DNA from: an uncultured Armatimonadia bacterium
GTDB taxonomy: Bacteria; Armatimonadota; Zipacnadia; CAVVLO01
Reading direction: 5' to 3'
Assembly (NCBI GenBank): GCA_963749155.1
Contig: CAVVLO010000002.1
Coordinates: 32,001-96,000 of the forward strand
Length of the DNA stretch: 64,000 bases
The translations under genes and the position numbers were made by a program. Below are positions 40,978-52,714 of the stretch, piece by piece. The number at the start of each line of letters is the position of its first letter. Within the stretch, counting starts at the first letter, position 1. The notes beneath the pieces were generated by a model. It had not been told where the DNA came from. It searched no databases and worked only from the letters and a program-made list of their open reading frames with translations.

Positions 40978-41982
40978 GTGAGTGAACTCCGCTGGCATCC
41001 CTTCCTCCAGCAGTGGGTGATTACGGCTACGCATCGGCAGGACAGGACCTTCCTGCCGCCGGCAGACTTCTGCCCGCTTTGCCCAACCAGGCCGGGCGCC
41101 TTCCCTACCGAGATCCCCGAGCCGACCTATGATCTAGCTGTGTTCCAGAACAAGTTCCCTTCGCTTCAACACCCGGCCCCTGGCCCGGCTGTGAGCGGTA
41201 ATGACCTGCACCCAGTCGATCTGGCCGAGGGCATCTGCGAGGTCGTCGTATACACCCCGCGCCACGCGGGTACCCTTGCCGACCAGCCCCTCAGCCAGAT
41301 TGAGAAGCTGGTACATGTCTGGACAGATCGCTATGAACAACTCGGAGCCAAGGACTTCATCGATTATGTCTTTATCTTCGAGAACAAGGGCAGAGCCATA
41401 GGGGTTACGCTGGACCACCCGCATGGGCAGATTTACGCCTTCCCCTACATACCGCCCTATATCCAGACAGAACTGGCAAGTGAGCAAGCTCACCTCGACC
41501 GCACCGGCAACTGCCTGATGTGCGATGTGCTGGCTGATGAGTATTCTGATGTTGGTGAAGCAGGTCAGCCCAGGCGAGTAGTGGCCGAAAACGATTCTTT
41601 CGTGGCCTTCATACCCTTCTTTGCGCGCTGGCCATATGAAACCTACCTTGCGCCGAAGAGCCACAGAGCGAGCCTGGCCGAACTGGATTCAGTCGAGAAA
41701 CATGAGCTGGCAGTGCTGCTCAAACGTTTACTGCTCGGTTATGACAGGCTGTTTGGATTCTCTCTGCCCTACATAATGGTGATGCATCAGGCGCCAGTGG
41801 ATGGCGGAGCCTGGCCTGGCTCCCATCTGCATATCGAATTCTATCCTCCCAACCGCACAGCCCAGAAGCTCAAGTATCTGGCCGGCTGCGAATCGGGGGC
41901 CGGAAGCTATATCAACGACACGCTGGCGGAAGAGAAAGCCGCAGACCTGCGGGCAGTTGTGCCGATGGAGGCTGAATTATGA
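40978..41982 (+). CDS. galT: Galactose-1-phosphate uridylyltransferase
   Basis: ELRWHP, CPLCP, NKFPSL, FENKG..IG.TL.HPHGQ. Confidence 0.96.
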   Translation: MSELRWHPFLQQWVITATHRQDRTFLPPADFCPLCPTRPGAFPTEIPEPTYDLAVFQNKFPSLQHPAPGPAVSGNDLHPVDLAEGICEVVVYTPRHAGTLADQPLSQIEKLVHVWTDRYEQLGAKDFIDYVFIFENKGRAIGVTLDHPHGQIYAFPYIPPYIQTELASEQAHLDRTGNCLMCDVLADEYSDVGEAGQPRRVVAENDSFVAFIPFFARWPYETYLAPKSHRASLAELDSVEKHELAVLLKRLLLGYDRLFGFSLPYIMVMHQAPVDGGAWPGSHLHIEFYPPNRTAQKLKYLAGCESGAGSYINDTLAEEKAADLRAVVPMEAEL

Positions 41983-43187
41983 GGCCAGATGGGCTTGAAG
42001 GTATCCCTCCTCTTTCTTTCCACGACCTGGCTCTCCAGCTGGAAAGCAAACTGGGAAGCAAGGCAACCAAGGCGGCCCGGGCGCCAGGCCGAGTGAATCT
42101 CATAGGCGAGCATACCGACTACAATGCCGGCTATGTGTTGCCCGCCGCACTGCAGTTTGAAGTCAGGGCAGTTGGGGAGGCGCGCGATGACGGGCTCGTG
42201 CGGGCTTACTCGACCAACTTCGATGAAGTAGCCGAATTCTCTCTCGAAGAGCCTCTGGAGCGCTCTACCGAACATACCTGGATCAATTACATCAAGGGAG
42301 TAGCCTGGGCCCTTCGGAAGCATGGTTATCCTGTGCTTGGACTTGATCTGGCTACCTGGGGTAATGTGCCCCTCAGCTCTGGGCTCTCTTCTTCGGCTGC
42401 GATGGAAGTCTGCATTGCGACCCTCTTCGAAGGGGCTATGGGCGTTGGTATAGAGGGCAAAGACAAAGCCCTTGCCTGCCAGGAAGCCGAAAATGGTTTC
42501 GTTGGCGTAAATTGCGGGATTATGGACCAGTTCATCTCCGCGCTCGGAGAGGCAGGTCATGCCCTTTTCATAGACACCCGCACTCTGGATTATCGTTCTG
42601 TTCCCCTTTGGGAGACAGGCTACAAGCTGCTGATTGTAAACACCAACAAGCCCAGGCAGCTAGTAGATTCGGAGTACAACACCCGGCGCGCGCAGTGCGA
42701 GCAGGCCGTAGCGCTGCTTGGCAAGGAAGGCATAAAGTGTGAAGCGCTCCGAGATGTCAGCAGTCAGCAACTGGAAGAACACCAGGCGGCACTTCCCGAG
42801 GTCGTGTACCGGCGAGCCCGGCATGTCATAACCGAAGACGAACGCGTCCTTGAAGCTATGGAAGTGCTTGGTCAGCAGGATTTGGAAGCTTTCGGCGAAC
42901 TAATGAATCAGTCGCATAATAGCCTGCGCGACGATTACGAAGTGAGCTCGGTCGAACTCGACCTGCTGGTTGAGCTTGCTCGTCGAGTGCCTGGCGTGCT
43001 TGGCAGCAGGATGACCGGGGCAGGTTTCGGTGGTTGCACGGTTACTTTGATTGACGAAGGCCACGGAACAGACTTCGCTGCCCAGGTGCTGCCCGAATAC
43101 CAGCGCAAGACCGGGCTTGTGCCCGAGCTATGGGTGTGTAACGCCTCAGATGGGGCGGAGCTAGTTGAGCTTGAGGAGGTTTTGTAA
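41979..43187 (+). CDS. galK: Galactokinase
   Basis: APGRVNLIGEHTDYN, GLSSSAA, CGIMDQ, GSRMTGAGFGG. Confidence 0.97.
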   Translation: MRPDGLEGIPPLSFHDLALQLESKLGSKATKAARAPGRVNLIGEHTDYNAGYVLPAALQFEVRAVGEARDDGLVRAYSTNFDEVAEFSLEEPLERSTEHTWINYIKGVAWALRKHGYPVLGLDLATWGNVPLSSGLSSSAAMEVCIATLFEGAMGVGIEGKDKALACQEAENGFVGVNCGIMDQFISALGEAGHALFIDTRTLDYRSVPLWETGYKLLIVNTNKPRQLVDSEYNTRRAQCEQAVALLGKEGIKCEALRDVSSQQLEEHQAALPEVVYRRARHVITEDERVLEAMEVLGQQDLEAFGELMNQSHNSLRDDYEVSSVELDLLVELARRVPGVLGSRMTGAGFGGCTVTLIDEGHGTDFAAQVLPEYQRKTGLVPELWVCNASDGAELVELEEVL

Positions 43188-43188
43188 G

Positions 43189-44337
43189 ATGTCAGATATG
43201 GATTGGGAAGCCCTGGAGCCCGCAGCAGCGCGCGAGGCCGAGTTCGCTATCAAACTGGCGCGAGTCAGGCAGTTCCTGGCCGAGAAAGACCTGGGCGGCC
43301 TGTTGCTTTCACGTATCGATAACTTCGCCTGGATAACCTGTGGCGGGGACAGTTATGTACCTGTAAATGCGGAGGGAGGCGTGGCTTCCTTCCTCATCAC
43401 TCAGGATAACCAATATCTGGTAACCAATAATATCGAGCTGCCTCGCATCACCGATGAAGAGCTGGGGTCGCTCCCCTGCGAGAAGCTGACCGGCTACTGG
43501 TTCGAAGACGAGCCAATCCAGCAGGTCAAGCAACTTGCCAAGGGTAAACTGGCAACAGATGCAGCTCTTGAGGGCGCTACCAGTGTCGGGGCTGATATGT
43601 GGAAGCTGCGCGCCGAACTCACTCCCCCAGAGGTAGAGCGGTTCCAGGAACTCGGCGAGCTGGCTGCCTCGGCGATGACCGAGACTATCCTCGAAGCTGC
43701 GCGCGGTGATACCGAATGGGAACTGGCTGCCGTGCTCTCGGGGATGCTGATGGCTGACGGGGTGCTCCCTGTCGTGACCCTTGTGGCCTCGGATGAACGC
43801 ATCAACAAATATCGCCATCCCCTGCCCGCCATGAAAGAAGTCGAGCACTATGCGATGCTGGTGCTGTGCGCGAAATGGCGCGGACTGATCGCCTCGATGA
43901 CGCGTTTCGTGGCCTTCGACAGACTGCCAGCCGCACTTGAAAAGAAAAATCAGGCTGTTGCCAACATCGATGCGACCTTCATCCTTAATACGCGGCCAGG
44001 GGCAAGCGCCGGCGACATCTTCGCCCGGGCGGTTGAGGTCTACGAAGCCACTGGTTACGCGGAAGAATGGAAGTTGCATCACCAGGGCGGCGCCTGCGGG
44101 TATGCAGGACGCGACTGGAAAGCCACGCCGGGCTGTGATTTCGAAGTGCTGCCCAACCAGGCTTATGCCTGGAATCCGTCCATCACAGGCACCAAGTCTG
44201 AGGACACTATCATCACCGGCGCAACACCTGACAGCAAGCCGATTGTAATCACGGCAACTCCCGAGCTGCCTACTGTTAAAGTGGAAACCCCCTGGGGCAG
44301 CCTTGAGCGGCCTGCTTTCTATTTCGCCGAGGCTTAG
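43189..44337 (+). CDS. M24 family (Xaa-Pro peptidase-like) protein
   Basis: NFAWITCGG, YRHP, SMTR, HHQGG..GY, WNPSITGTKSEDT. Confidence 0.8.
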   Translation: MSDMDWEALEPAAAREAEFAIKLARVRQFLAEKDLGGLLLSRIDNFAWITCGGDSYVPVNAEGGVASFLITQDNQYLVTNNIELPRITDEELGSLPCEKLTGYWFEDEPIQQVKQLAKGKLATDAALEGATSVGADMWKLRAELTPPEVERFQELGELAASAMTETILEAARGDTEWELAAVLSGMLMADGVLPVVTLVASDERINKYRHPLPAMKEVEHYAMLVLCAKWRGLIASMTRFVAFDRLPAALEKKNQAVANIDATFILNTRPGASAGDIFARAVEVYEATGYAEEWKLHHQGGACGYAGRDWKATPGCDFEVLPNQAYAWNPSITGTKSEDTIITGATPDSKPIVITATPELPTVKVETPWGSLERPAFYFAEA

Positions 44338-44438
44338 GCCTGGCAGAGTAGTCTCGAACACCGAGTTAGCTGACCGGGTCGCACGAAGGTGTGGCTCGGT
44401 CAGTTTTCGCCGAAACCAGCCAAGGACAGGAACAGCCT

Positions 44439-47400
44439 GTGCGCTTAAAGCGACTCGAAATCAAAGGCTTCAAAAGTTTTATGGACAAGGCGGCCCTGGA
44501 ATTTGCCCCTGGGCTTTCAGCCCTGGTGGGGCCTAACGGGTCGGGGAAATCCAATCTGCTGGATGCGCTTGTCTGGGTGCTGGGTGAACAAAAAGCCAGC
44601 GCCATGCGCGCTGAGGCGGGCGCCGAAGTCATTTTCGGGGGCGCCTCGGGGGCCAGGGCGGCTGGCCTTGCTGAAGTCACGCTCGTCGTTGACAACACTG
44701 ACCGCAAACTGACCCTCCCCCATGACGAGGTAGAAGTCACCAGGCGACTTTTCCGGAGTGGTGACTCGGAGTACTGGCTGGGCGGCAAGAAGGCCCGCCT
44801 GCGCGACATCCGCGATCTGTTCCTCGATACGGGCGCGGGCAAAGAAGCCTACTCCCTGGTCAACCAGCAGCAAGTAGATGCCGTGCTTTCGCTGCGCGGA
44901 GATGACAGGCGCAGGCTGATAGAGGAAGCCGCTCACGTCTCGCGCTATCGGGCCAGGCGTCAGGAAGCCTGGCAGAAGCTCCAGCGGACTGAACAGAATC
45001 TGCTGCGCGCCGGAGACCTGCAAGCAGAGCTTTCCGAGCGTATCGAATCTTTGCGCGAACCCGCGGTGACCGCCCGCAGTTACCGGGATCTAAAACGTCA
45101 ACTGGATGCAGTCGAACAGGCCGTTATCGTAGCCCAGATGCTCGGCAGGCAGCAGAATCTGCGAGAGTTGGACACAGAACTCGCTGGCAGGGCTAGCGAT
45201 CTCACCAAACTGCAGGCCGAACGACTCGAGCTTGATGAGCGCGCCGCAAAACTGGCCCAGGAAGGCCGCGAGGCGGAGGAGCAGCTGACCTCTGAGCAGG
45301 AACGCCTTAGGCGGCTGTCAAGTGAACAATCGCGGCTGGACACCGAGATTGCCCTGGCCGAACAACAGAAGGAGTTCGCCGAAAGGCGTCTCCAGGAGAC
45401 AGCCACTCGCCAGGACGAACCCGAGCACCGGCTGGCAGAGCTGGAAGAACGCGGCCGCAAGGAACAGCAGGAGCTGGACGAGGCTGAGCGCAAGGCTCAA
45501 ATCGCTGGCGAACGTCATGAGACCGCTCTTGAAGCCGAGCGCAGCGCCCTTGGCCTGCTTGCGCGCAAGCGGGCGGCGTTACTCGAATTGCAGCAACAAC
45601 GCGCAGGACTGCTTTCCAAACAGGCTTCACTTGAGGGCCAGGTAGAGCGCACTTCGGCAGAGGTAGAAGCGCTGGAACGCGAGTCTGCAGGGCTTGAAGA
45701 GCGCCTCCGCACCCTTACCGCCGAACTGGCTGAAGCCAAGGAGCAGACCAAACAGGCCCAGCGAGACAAGGCCGAGGCCGCAGAAGCAGTTCGTAAACAG
45801 GAAGCGCAGGTCTCCACCTTGGAGGCAAGCGAGAAAACTGCCTCCCTGGCTAACTCCGAAGCGAACGCTGCCCTGACTCGACTTGAGCGAGAGCTTATAG
45901 AGCTGCGCGCCAGGCTGACAGCGCTTGAGGAGCTGGACGCCTCTCACGAGGGCGTTGCGCGCCCTGCCCGCGAGTTGATCAGCGCTCTCGATGGCGAGTT
46001 AAGCGGCAAACTGAGATTGCTTGTAGACCTTTTTGAGCTGCCTGCAGAGGCCCCTGAGTGGCTAATTGCGTTACTTGCTTCGCTTGAATCCGTGGTTGTC
46101 GCGGAGGATGCCCCAGTCGCAGCGCTCGCTCACACTTTGCTTGCCGAGCGTCAGGTAGGCCTGGCTACTTTGGTGTGGAGTGGCGGAGCCTCTGCTGGAC
46201 CGGCTGGGCAAACCCTGGCGGAGCTTGTTACACCTGGCAAGGATGCGCTTGCTTTGCTTAAGGCGATCCCTGTGGTCGAGACCGCCGCAGAAGCCGGCAA
46301 GCTAGCCGCCGAGGGCGCCTGGCCCCTGGTGCTTGCGAGGCAAGGAGGGGTATTCTTCTCCCCGCGCGCCGCAGCAGTTGGCGCCGGCAAGTTGCAACCG
46401 ACTTCTCCAATGGCGCGGAAAGCTGAGGCCGGCAGGCTGAAGCAAGCCGGCCAGGCTCTGGAAGGCCGCGTTGAAGAGGCTCGCAAGATGCAGGTTGAAA
46501 GTCTGGAGCGACTCGAAACCGCGCGAGGCGAACTGGCTAACGCCAGAGCAAGCCTTGGAGAGCAGCGGACACTTGCCAGGGAGACCGAGCGCGCCTTGCA
46601 ACAGGCGGAGCAAGATTACGCCCGAAGCGAGCGCGAGCTTAAGGCGCTTAAACAGCGGTCGGTCGAGATGGCCACCTCGCTTGGGCGCAAGCGGGAAGAG
46701 CTGGCCCGCCATAGCGAGGCAAGAGAGAAGACTCAACACACCCTGGATGAACTAATCAAACAGGAGCCAGTCCGCTCCCAGGCGATTGAACGAGCCGAGG
46801 AAGAAGCCGAAGTTGCTCAGACCGCAACTGGGGAAGCCAGGCTCGTGCTTGAGAGGGCCAAAATGGCTCACCGCACCGTAGAGCAGGACGCCCAGCGCAC
46901 CGCTGGCACACTTCAGAGGCTGCGCGACCAGATCGCGCGCGAGAAGCAGCTTCACCTGGAGACCGCGGCTGAACTGGCCAGTCTGACCCAGCAACTTTCT
47001 GTATTGGAGCCACAACGCAAGGGCCTGGCTGCGCAGCTCGAAACTCAGGAACACCGAGTTGAGCAGCTTATCACCGTCCGAGGTGAAGCCAGAGCCAGGC
47101 TCGCTGAGCAGGAGAGTGGCCGGCGTCTGGTGGGGCAGCAACTCGCCGAGGTTGAGGCCGAAGTTCATAAGCTGGAGATGAACAGGCTGCGTCTCGAGAG
47201 CCAGCTCGAAGCGCTTGACCAGCGGCTTTATGAACGGTTCGAAATCACTTTGGCCCAGCTTCCCAACCCCGAACAGGTTGCCGATGAGCGCCAGGCCACC
47301 ATCTCCGAAGTTGACCGTTTGCGGAAGGAACTGCGAAGCCTAGGCGAGGTAAACCTGGGCGCTATACAGGAGCTTGACGAGTGCGAGGCCCATTATAACT

Positions 47401-47957
47401 CCAGGCAGAAGCAGATAGATGACCTGCTCGAAGCCAAGCAAAGCCTCGCCCAGATGATAAACGAGATAGACGAAACGAGCGCCAGGCAGTTTGCTGAGAC
47501 ACTGGAGCTGGTCGCAAGCGCCTTCCAGCGTCGGTTCGAAGACGTCTTTGGGGGCGGCAAGGCCGAGTTGGTTCTGGAAGAGCCGGACAATCTGCTGGAG
47601 TCAGGTGTCACGCTCAAAGCCCAGCCCCCAGGCAAGCGTATGCAGAGCCTGGAATTGCTGTCAGGGGGCGAAAGAGCCCTGGTAGCGCTGGCCTTCCTGT
47701 TCGCGCTGCTCGAAGTCAATCCAGCGCCTTTCTGCCTGCTGGACGAAGTGGACGCGCCTCTTGATGAAGTCAACGTGAAGAAGTTCCTTGCGCTGCTGGA
47801 CAGGTTCAAGGAAGACACCCAGTTTATGGTTGTGACTCATAATCCAGTCACGATGAAAGCGGCGGATGCTCTGTATGGGGTTGCTATGGAGGACCCAGGG
47901 CGCAGCAAGTTGCTCTCATATCGGATGCCCAAACGCGAGCTAGCCGCGCAAGACTAG
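44439..47957 (+). CDS. smc: Chromosome segregation ATPase SMC
   Basis: GFKSF, Walker A GPNGSGKSN, long coiled coils around a hinge, LSGGE, LLDEVDAPLD; upstream of ftsY. Confidence 0.95.
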   Translation: MRLKRLEIKGFKSFMDKAALEFAPGLSALVGPNGSGKSNLLDALVWVLGEQKASAMRAEAGAEVIFGGASGARAAGLAEVTLVVDNTDRKLTLPHDEVEVTRRLFRSGDSEYWLGGKKARLRDIRDLFLDTGAGKEAYSLVNQQQVDAVLSLRGDDRRRLIEEAAHVSRYRARRQEAWQKLQRTEQNLLRAGDLQAELSERIESLREPAVTARSYRDLKRQLDAVEQAVIVAQMLGRQQNLRELDTELAGRASDLTKLQAERLELDERAAKLAQEGREAEEQLTSEQERLRRLSSEQSRLDTEIALAEQQKEFAERRLQETATRQDEPEHRLAELEERGRKEQQELDEAERKAQIAGERHETALEAERSALGLLARKRAALLELQQQRAGLLSKQASLEGQVERTSAEVEALERESAGLEERLRTLTAELAEAKEQTKQAQRDKAEAAEAVRKQEAQVSTLEASEKTASLANSEANAALTRLERELIELRARLTALEELDASHEGVARPARELISALDGELSGKLRLLVDLFELPAEAPEWLIALLASLESVVVAEDAPVAALAHTLLAERQVGLATLVWSGGASAGPAGQTLAELVTPGKDALALLKAIPVVETAAEAGKLAAEGAWPLVLARQGGVFFSPRAAAVGAGKLQPTSPMARKAEAGRLKQAGQALEGRVEEARKMQVESLERLETARGELANARASLGEQRTLARETERALQQAEQDYARSERELKALKQRSVEMATSLGRKREELARHSEAREKTQHTLDELIKQEPVRSQAIERAEEEAEVAQTATGEARLVLERAKMAHRTVEQDAQRTAGTLQRLRDQIAREKQLHLETAAELASLTQQLSVLEPQRKGLAAQLETQEHRVEQLITVRGEARARLAEQESGRRLVGQQLAEVEAEVHKLEMNRLRLESQLEALDQRLYERFEITLAQLPNPEQVADERQATISEVDRLRKELRSLGEVNLGAIQELDECEAHYNSRQKQIDDLLEAKQSLAQMINEIDETSARQFAETLELVASAFQRRFEDVFGGGKAELVLEEPDNLLESGVTLKAQPPGKRMQSLELLSGGERALVALAFLFALLEVNPAPFCLLDEVDAPLDEVNVKKFLALLDRFKEDTQFMVVTHNPVTMKAADALYGVAMEDPGRSKLLSYRMPKRELAAQD

Positions 47958-47974
47958 CCAAGGAGTCTCACACG

Positions 47975-48850
47975 ATGTTCGGAGGAATCTTCAAGCAACT
48001 CGGCGGCCTGCTGCTGGGAGCTAGCAAGGTGGATGACACGCTGCTCGATGAGCTCGAGGAGTTGCTCGTGCGGGGTGATGTAGGCGGAGAGCTTGCCATG
48101 CAGCTTACGGACGAGGTGCGTGAACAAGTCGAAAAGCGTAATCTGCAAAATGGCGAGCAGGTGCGCGACTATCTCAAACTCAGAGTCAAGCGCCTGGTAC
48201 AGTCTCTCGAAGGGGAGCTCAAGGTAGGCCCAACCTCCCCAACTGTCTACTTGTTTGTCGGCGTAAATGGCACAGGCAAGACTACGACCATCGGCAAACT
48301 CGCTTACAGACTGACCAGTCAGGGCAAGAAGGTATTGCTTGCAGCCGGAGACACCTTCAGAGCAGCCGCCATCGAGCAGCTCGAGATTTGGGCAAACAGG
48401 GCGGGAGCCGATATCGTCAAGCACAAAGAAGGCGCTGATCCGGGCGCAGTGCTCTTCGATGCCATCCAGGCAGCCAAAGCCCGCGGCTCGGACTATGTAA
48501 TCGCCGACACGGCAGGACGCCTCCACACCAAGCAGAATCTGATGACCGAGCTTGCCAAAGTAGAACGGATTTGCGAACGCGAGCTTGGTCGTAAACCAGA
48601 TGAAGTAGTGCTTGTACTCGACGCCACTACAGGGCAGAATGCAATACAACAAGCCAAGCAATTTCGGCAAGCAGTGGAGGTTACCGCGCTGGTGCTTGCC
48701 AAACTTGATAGCAGCGCCAAAGCGGGAGCTGTGCTCTCGATAGCGAAAGAATTACAACTGCCAGTGAAATTGGTCGGCCTGGGAGAGGGTATCGAAAAAC
48801 TCGAACCCTTTGATCCGGAGCTTTATGCGTCCGGACTCTTCGAGGTCTAA
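47975..48850 (+). CDS. ftsY: Signal recognition particle receptor
   Basis: [30 protein letters not shown]. Confidence 0.96.
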   Translation: MFGGIFKQLGGLLLGASKVDDTLLDELEELLVRGDVGGELAMQLTDEVREQVEKRNLQNGEQVRDYLKLRVKRLVQSLEGELKVGPTSPTVYLFVGVNGTGKTTTIGKLAYRLTSQGKKVLLAAGDTFRAAAIEQLEIWANRAGADIVKHKEGADPGAVLFDAIQAAKARGSDYVIADTAGRLHTKQNLMTELAKVERICERELGRKPDEVVLVLDATTGQNAIQQAKQFRQAVEVTALVLAKLDSSAKAGAVLSIAKELQLPVKLVGLGEGIEKLEPFDPELYASGLFEV

Positions 48851-48865
48851 CGGAGGGATTACAAA

Positions 48866-50050
48866 ATGATATCCAAACGTCTACAGCAAGTTCAGCCTTC
48901 GGTCACCCTGGCTGTCACTCAGAAGGAGAAGGAGTTGAAAGATCAGGGTATCGCCGTGATAGGTTTTGGCGCGGGCGAGCCTGATTTCGATGCTCCTGAA
49001 CACGTGAAGGAGGCCGTCGCGCTTTCACTGGAGGAGAACTCGACCTCCAAATATACCGCTGCTGCTGGCACCCCAAGCCTCAAACGAGCCATCCAGGTAA
49101 ACATCAAGGCCCATTATGGGCTTACTTATGAGCCGGCTCAGGTCGTTGTGGGCTGCGGCGCCAAGCATGTCCTGTATAACATCATCCAGGTCATCTGTGA
49201 CGTAGGCGATGAGATCATCATTCCTGCGCCTTACTGGGTCAGCTATCCCGAGATGGTCAGGCTTGCCGGTGGCACGCCTGTCTTCGTCGAGACAAGCGCG
49301 GAGCAGAACTATGTGCCTTCGGTAGAGGCGATTATGGCAGCGGTAACGCCGCGCACGAGGGCTGTGGTGGTAAACTCGCCCTCCAATCCGACTGGCGCGC
49401 TGTGGCCTGTACAGGTGATGCGCGACCTGCTGGAGGCGCTGAGGCCTCACGAGCAAGTTATGATTATCTCGGACGACATCTACGACCAGCTTGTTTACGA
49501 TGGCGGCAAGGCGACCAATATTGCCACTCTCGATCCGGACTGGATAGAGCGAATCTTCCTCGTAAACGGGGTTTCGAAGAGTTATGCGATGACCGGCTGG
49601 CGTATTGGCTGGGTCGCTGGCCCGAAGCCCGAGATGAAGGCTATCGCCAACCTGCAGAGTCATAGCACATCCAATCCGACCACCATAGCTCAGATCGCAG
49701 CGGAAGCAGCCTTGATGGGGCCCCAGCAAGGGGTAAGCGAAATGCGCGGTGCTTTCGAGCAGCGGCGCAATCTGATGTGCGCGATGTTTGACAAGATACC
49801 AGGCATCACCTATGTCAAGCCCGATGGCGCTTTCTACGTGTTTGCGGATTTCTCGGCCTATTATGGCAAGCGCGAAGGTATCAACGACTCGCTAACAATG
49901 GCCGATTATCTGCTGACCGAAGGGCATGTCGCTATCGTGCCGGGTATCGCTTTTGGAGATGACCGGTGCCAGCGGTTGTCCTTCGCCTGCAGTGAGCAAC
50001 GCATCGAACAGGGTCTGGCCAAGATCGGAGTAACACTGGCCAAGCTATAA
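48866..50050 (+). CDS. aspC: Class I PLP-dependent (aspartate-type) aminotransferase
   Basis: GEPDF, PYWVSY, NSPSNPTG, DDIY, SKSYAMTGWRIG. Confidence 0.88.
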   Translation: MISKRLQQVQPSVTLAVTQKEKELKDQGIAVIGFGAGEPDFDAPEHVKEAVALSLEENSTSKYTAAAGTPSLKRAIQVNIKAHYGLTYEPAQVVVGCGAKHVLYNIIQVICDVGDEIIIPAPYWVSYPEMVRLAGGTPVFVETSAEQNYVPSVEAIMAAVTPRTRAVVVNSPSNPTGALWPVQVMRDLLEALRPHEQVMIISDDIYDQLVYDGGKATNIATLDPDWIERIFLVNGVSKSYAMTGWRIGWVAGPKPEMKAIANLQSHSTSNPTTIAQIAAEAALMGPQQGVSEMRGAFEQRRNLMCAMFDKIPGITYVKPDGAFYVFADFSAYYGKREGINDSLTMADYLLTEGHVAIVPGIAFGDDRCQRLSFACSEQRIEQGLAKIGVTLAKL

Positions 50051-50069
50051 GTTATCGGGAGGGGTGGCA

Positions 50070-51429
50070 ATGAGACTTGCTGGAGTCGTGTTCTGTCTCT
50101 TGCTGGTCGCGGCACTGCTTGGTGGGTGCGGCGAAGGTGGCGGCACAGGAAGCAGCCTGGACCATCAGACAGCCAGTGCCCGACCGCAGTTGGCCACTCC
50201 ATCTCCTGAGGGCGCGGTAGCTGTGGGCCGGTCGATAAAATATGAAGGTTGGGACGCTCTGGAGCTTTCCAACCAGATCGTTCGACTCGTCTGCGTGCCA
50301 AGTATCGGCGGACGCCTGATCGAGTTTTCGCTGGATGGGGAGAATGCCTTCTGGGTCAATCACGAAGAACTCGGTAAGCTATATCCCCCACCCACCTCTG
50401 AAGCGGAGCGCGTGTGGCACAATTATGGTGGCTCCAAGACCTGGCCTTCGCCCCAGGACCGGTGGGGTGGGCCACGCCGATCCCCTGGGCAGCCTGCTAG
50501 ACGGGGGCATCCATCAAGGCAAACTGCTGCGCGAACGCGGGCCTGTTGCCAGTCTCGAAGCGGTCTCTCCAAGCGATGAAGCAGTGACCGGAGTCAGATT
50601 CTATCGCGAGGCGCAACTCTTCGCGGGGGAAGCGCATGTCCGGTTTATCCAGCGGATGGAAAATGTCAGCGAAGCGCCAGTGCGCTGGAGCATCTGGGAT
50701 GTGACCCAGGTCGTTGCTGAAGAGAAGCCTGGCAAAGGCCCAAGTGGGAAATGCCAGCTCTTTGTGCCTGCCGCAGCCGATGGGAAGATATTCCATATGG
50801 TCGGCCCCGAGGAGGGCGCCCAGTGGATACCTGAAATCGCCCCCGGCATCATCGGGGTCAGCTATACAGGTGAGACAGGCAAGATTGGGGTACACTCGCT
50901 TGCTGGATGGGGCGCTTACCATAACGGCCATACCAACTTGACGTATGTTAAGCGTTTCGAGGTGTTTCCAGAGTTGGAGTACCCCGAGCAGAACTCGAGT
51001 GTCGAGGTCTGGACCAATCCGGCGCCCCCCAGTCTTATGGAACTGGAAGTATTGAGCCCACTGGTCGATTTGCGTCCAGGCGAGGATTATACCTTCGTCC
51101 AGGACTGGTACCTGACACGCTCCGAGGCGCCCATCATCGACACCAACGAGGCTGGCGTGCTTGTAAAGCGGCTTGCCCTGGAAGAGAAAGAAGGCAAGCT
51201 CAAAGTTAAGGGCAGCTATGGAGTATATCGGGCCGCCACCTGGGAGCTTACAGCGCTTGATGGCGACGCGAAGCCCCTTGCCTCCGCGAAGGGAGAATGC
51301 TCTCCGAGCAAACCTTTCGTCCTGGAAGCGACTCTGGAGACCCCTCAGAGCGGTGTTACCAAGCTAGTTTTGCGCCTTCTGGATGCAAGTGGCAGGGCCA
51401 TCGGCAGTCTGGATGAACTGAACCTGTAG
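50070..51429 (+). CDS. DUF4380-type lipoprotein, aldose-epimerase-like fold (frameshift near 50475)
   Basis: Lipobox LLGGC; VPSIGGRL, NYGGSKTWPSPQ; second frame WSIWDVTQ, YPEQ.SSVEV, ELEVLSP. Confidence 0.7.
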
Positions 51430-51486
51430 CTTTCCAGGCTCTAATCGAAGGAGCTTGATGGCGGGAGCCTTGCTCCCGCCTGTCTT

Positions 51487-52714
51487 ATGTCGGTCACAAA
51501 TTCGAGAACCACAGCTCACCTGCAGCCGCTTTTCTTTGCTGCCGCGGTTGTATCAATGGCCAATCTGGGCGTTGCGATCGTCGCGGCGCCGCTGAAGGCT
51601 ATTGCCCTTGGCGCAGAGCCTGTCCACCTGGGATTAATGGGAGGCATCGGTTCTGGGCTTTATCTGCTGGCGACAGTCCCCTGTGGCAGTCTTGCGGATA
51701 GATACGGCGCCTGGCGGATGGCAGTCTGGGGAGCGCTTGTTATGGCCGCTGGACTTGCTCTGCTTGCGGCAGCGCCAACCGTCTGGTGGATGATGGGTTT
51801 CCTCTGGTTCAACTGTATCGGCCAGGCGCTCTTCTGGCCTGCCGTGCAGGGGTGGGTAGCCTCTCTTGGCCAGCCAGGCAAGCTTGGCAAGACAATGGGC
51901 AGCTTCAACCTTTCCTGGTCCACTGGAGGAGCCTTTGGCGCTCTACTGGCAGGGCCTGCCTATTCACTGGATGAGCGTCTGCCTTTCTTCGGCGCTGTTG
52001 TGCTGCTTATAACTTCAGGTTGCCTGGCTTTTGTTCAGCATCTGCTGGTTGGCCAGACCAAGTCTTAGGGAAGCTTCTCGAGAAGAGCCAGATATCGTCC
52101 TGCCTTCCGCTCTGGAAACCAGGCAAGCGGGTTTGTGGCTGTTGTTCGCGCGCCTGTCAAACTTCGCCGTCTGGTTCGTAATCGTGGCCAGTTTTACACT
52201 TTTTCCGAAATACGCAGACAATCGCGGGCTTACGCCGTTCGAGGTTTCTCTAATCATTTTCGGCACCAGGCTTGGACTTTGGCCTGGCTTCCTGCTACTC
52301 CGCAACAGTGCCAAATGGCATTTTAACGCCTGGTTCGCCCAGGGGGCTCTTTTGTTATGCGCCTTGTGTACATTATTGCTGTGGGCTTTCACAAGAGAAT
52401 TTGTCAGCCTTTGGCCCATCGTGATTGTTATGGGAGTGCTGGGATTAGTGGGCAGTGCCACCTACGCCGAGAGCCTGCTTTATGGCTGGCTGGGTAGCTC
52501 GGGCAAGAGCCGCTCTTCAGGCGTACACGAGATGGTATTAGGCTCGAGTTCGTTCTTTGGCCCGCTAATAAGCGGCGCCGTAGCACAGGTAACCAACATC
52601 CCCCTGATGCTGCTCCTCAGCGGGATATTTCCCTTGATCGTTTTGGTATGGTTCAATTTGCCAGGCCCCAGAGCGTTACAACGCTCTGATATGGCAAAAG
52701 GAGAGGCCAAATGA
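51487..52714 (+). CDS. MFS transporter (frameshift near 52060)
   Basis: GSLADRYG MFS motif; two halves of about 6 TM each in different frames. Confidence 0.75.

Noticed and set aside
51460..51480. GC hairpin as a terminator
   Set aside because: A perfect 9-bp stem but no proper U-tract; may be a stabilising or attenuating element, so not called
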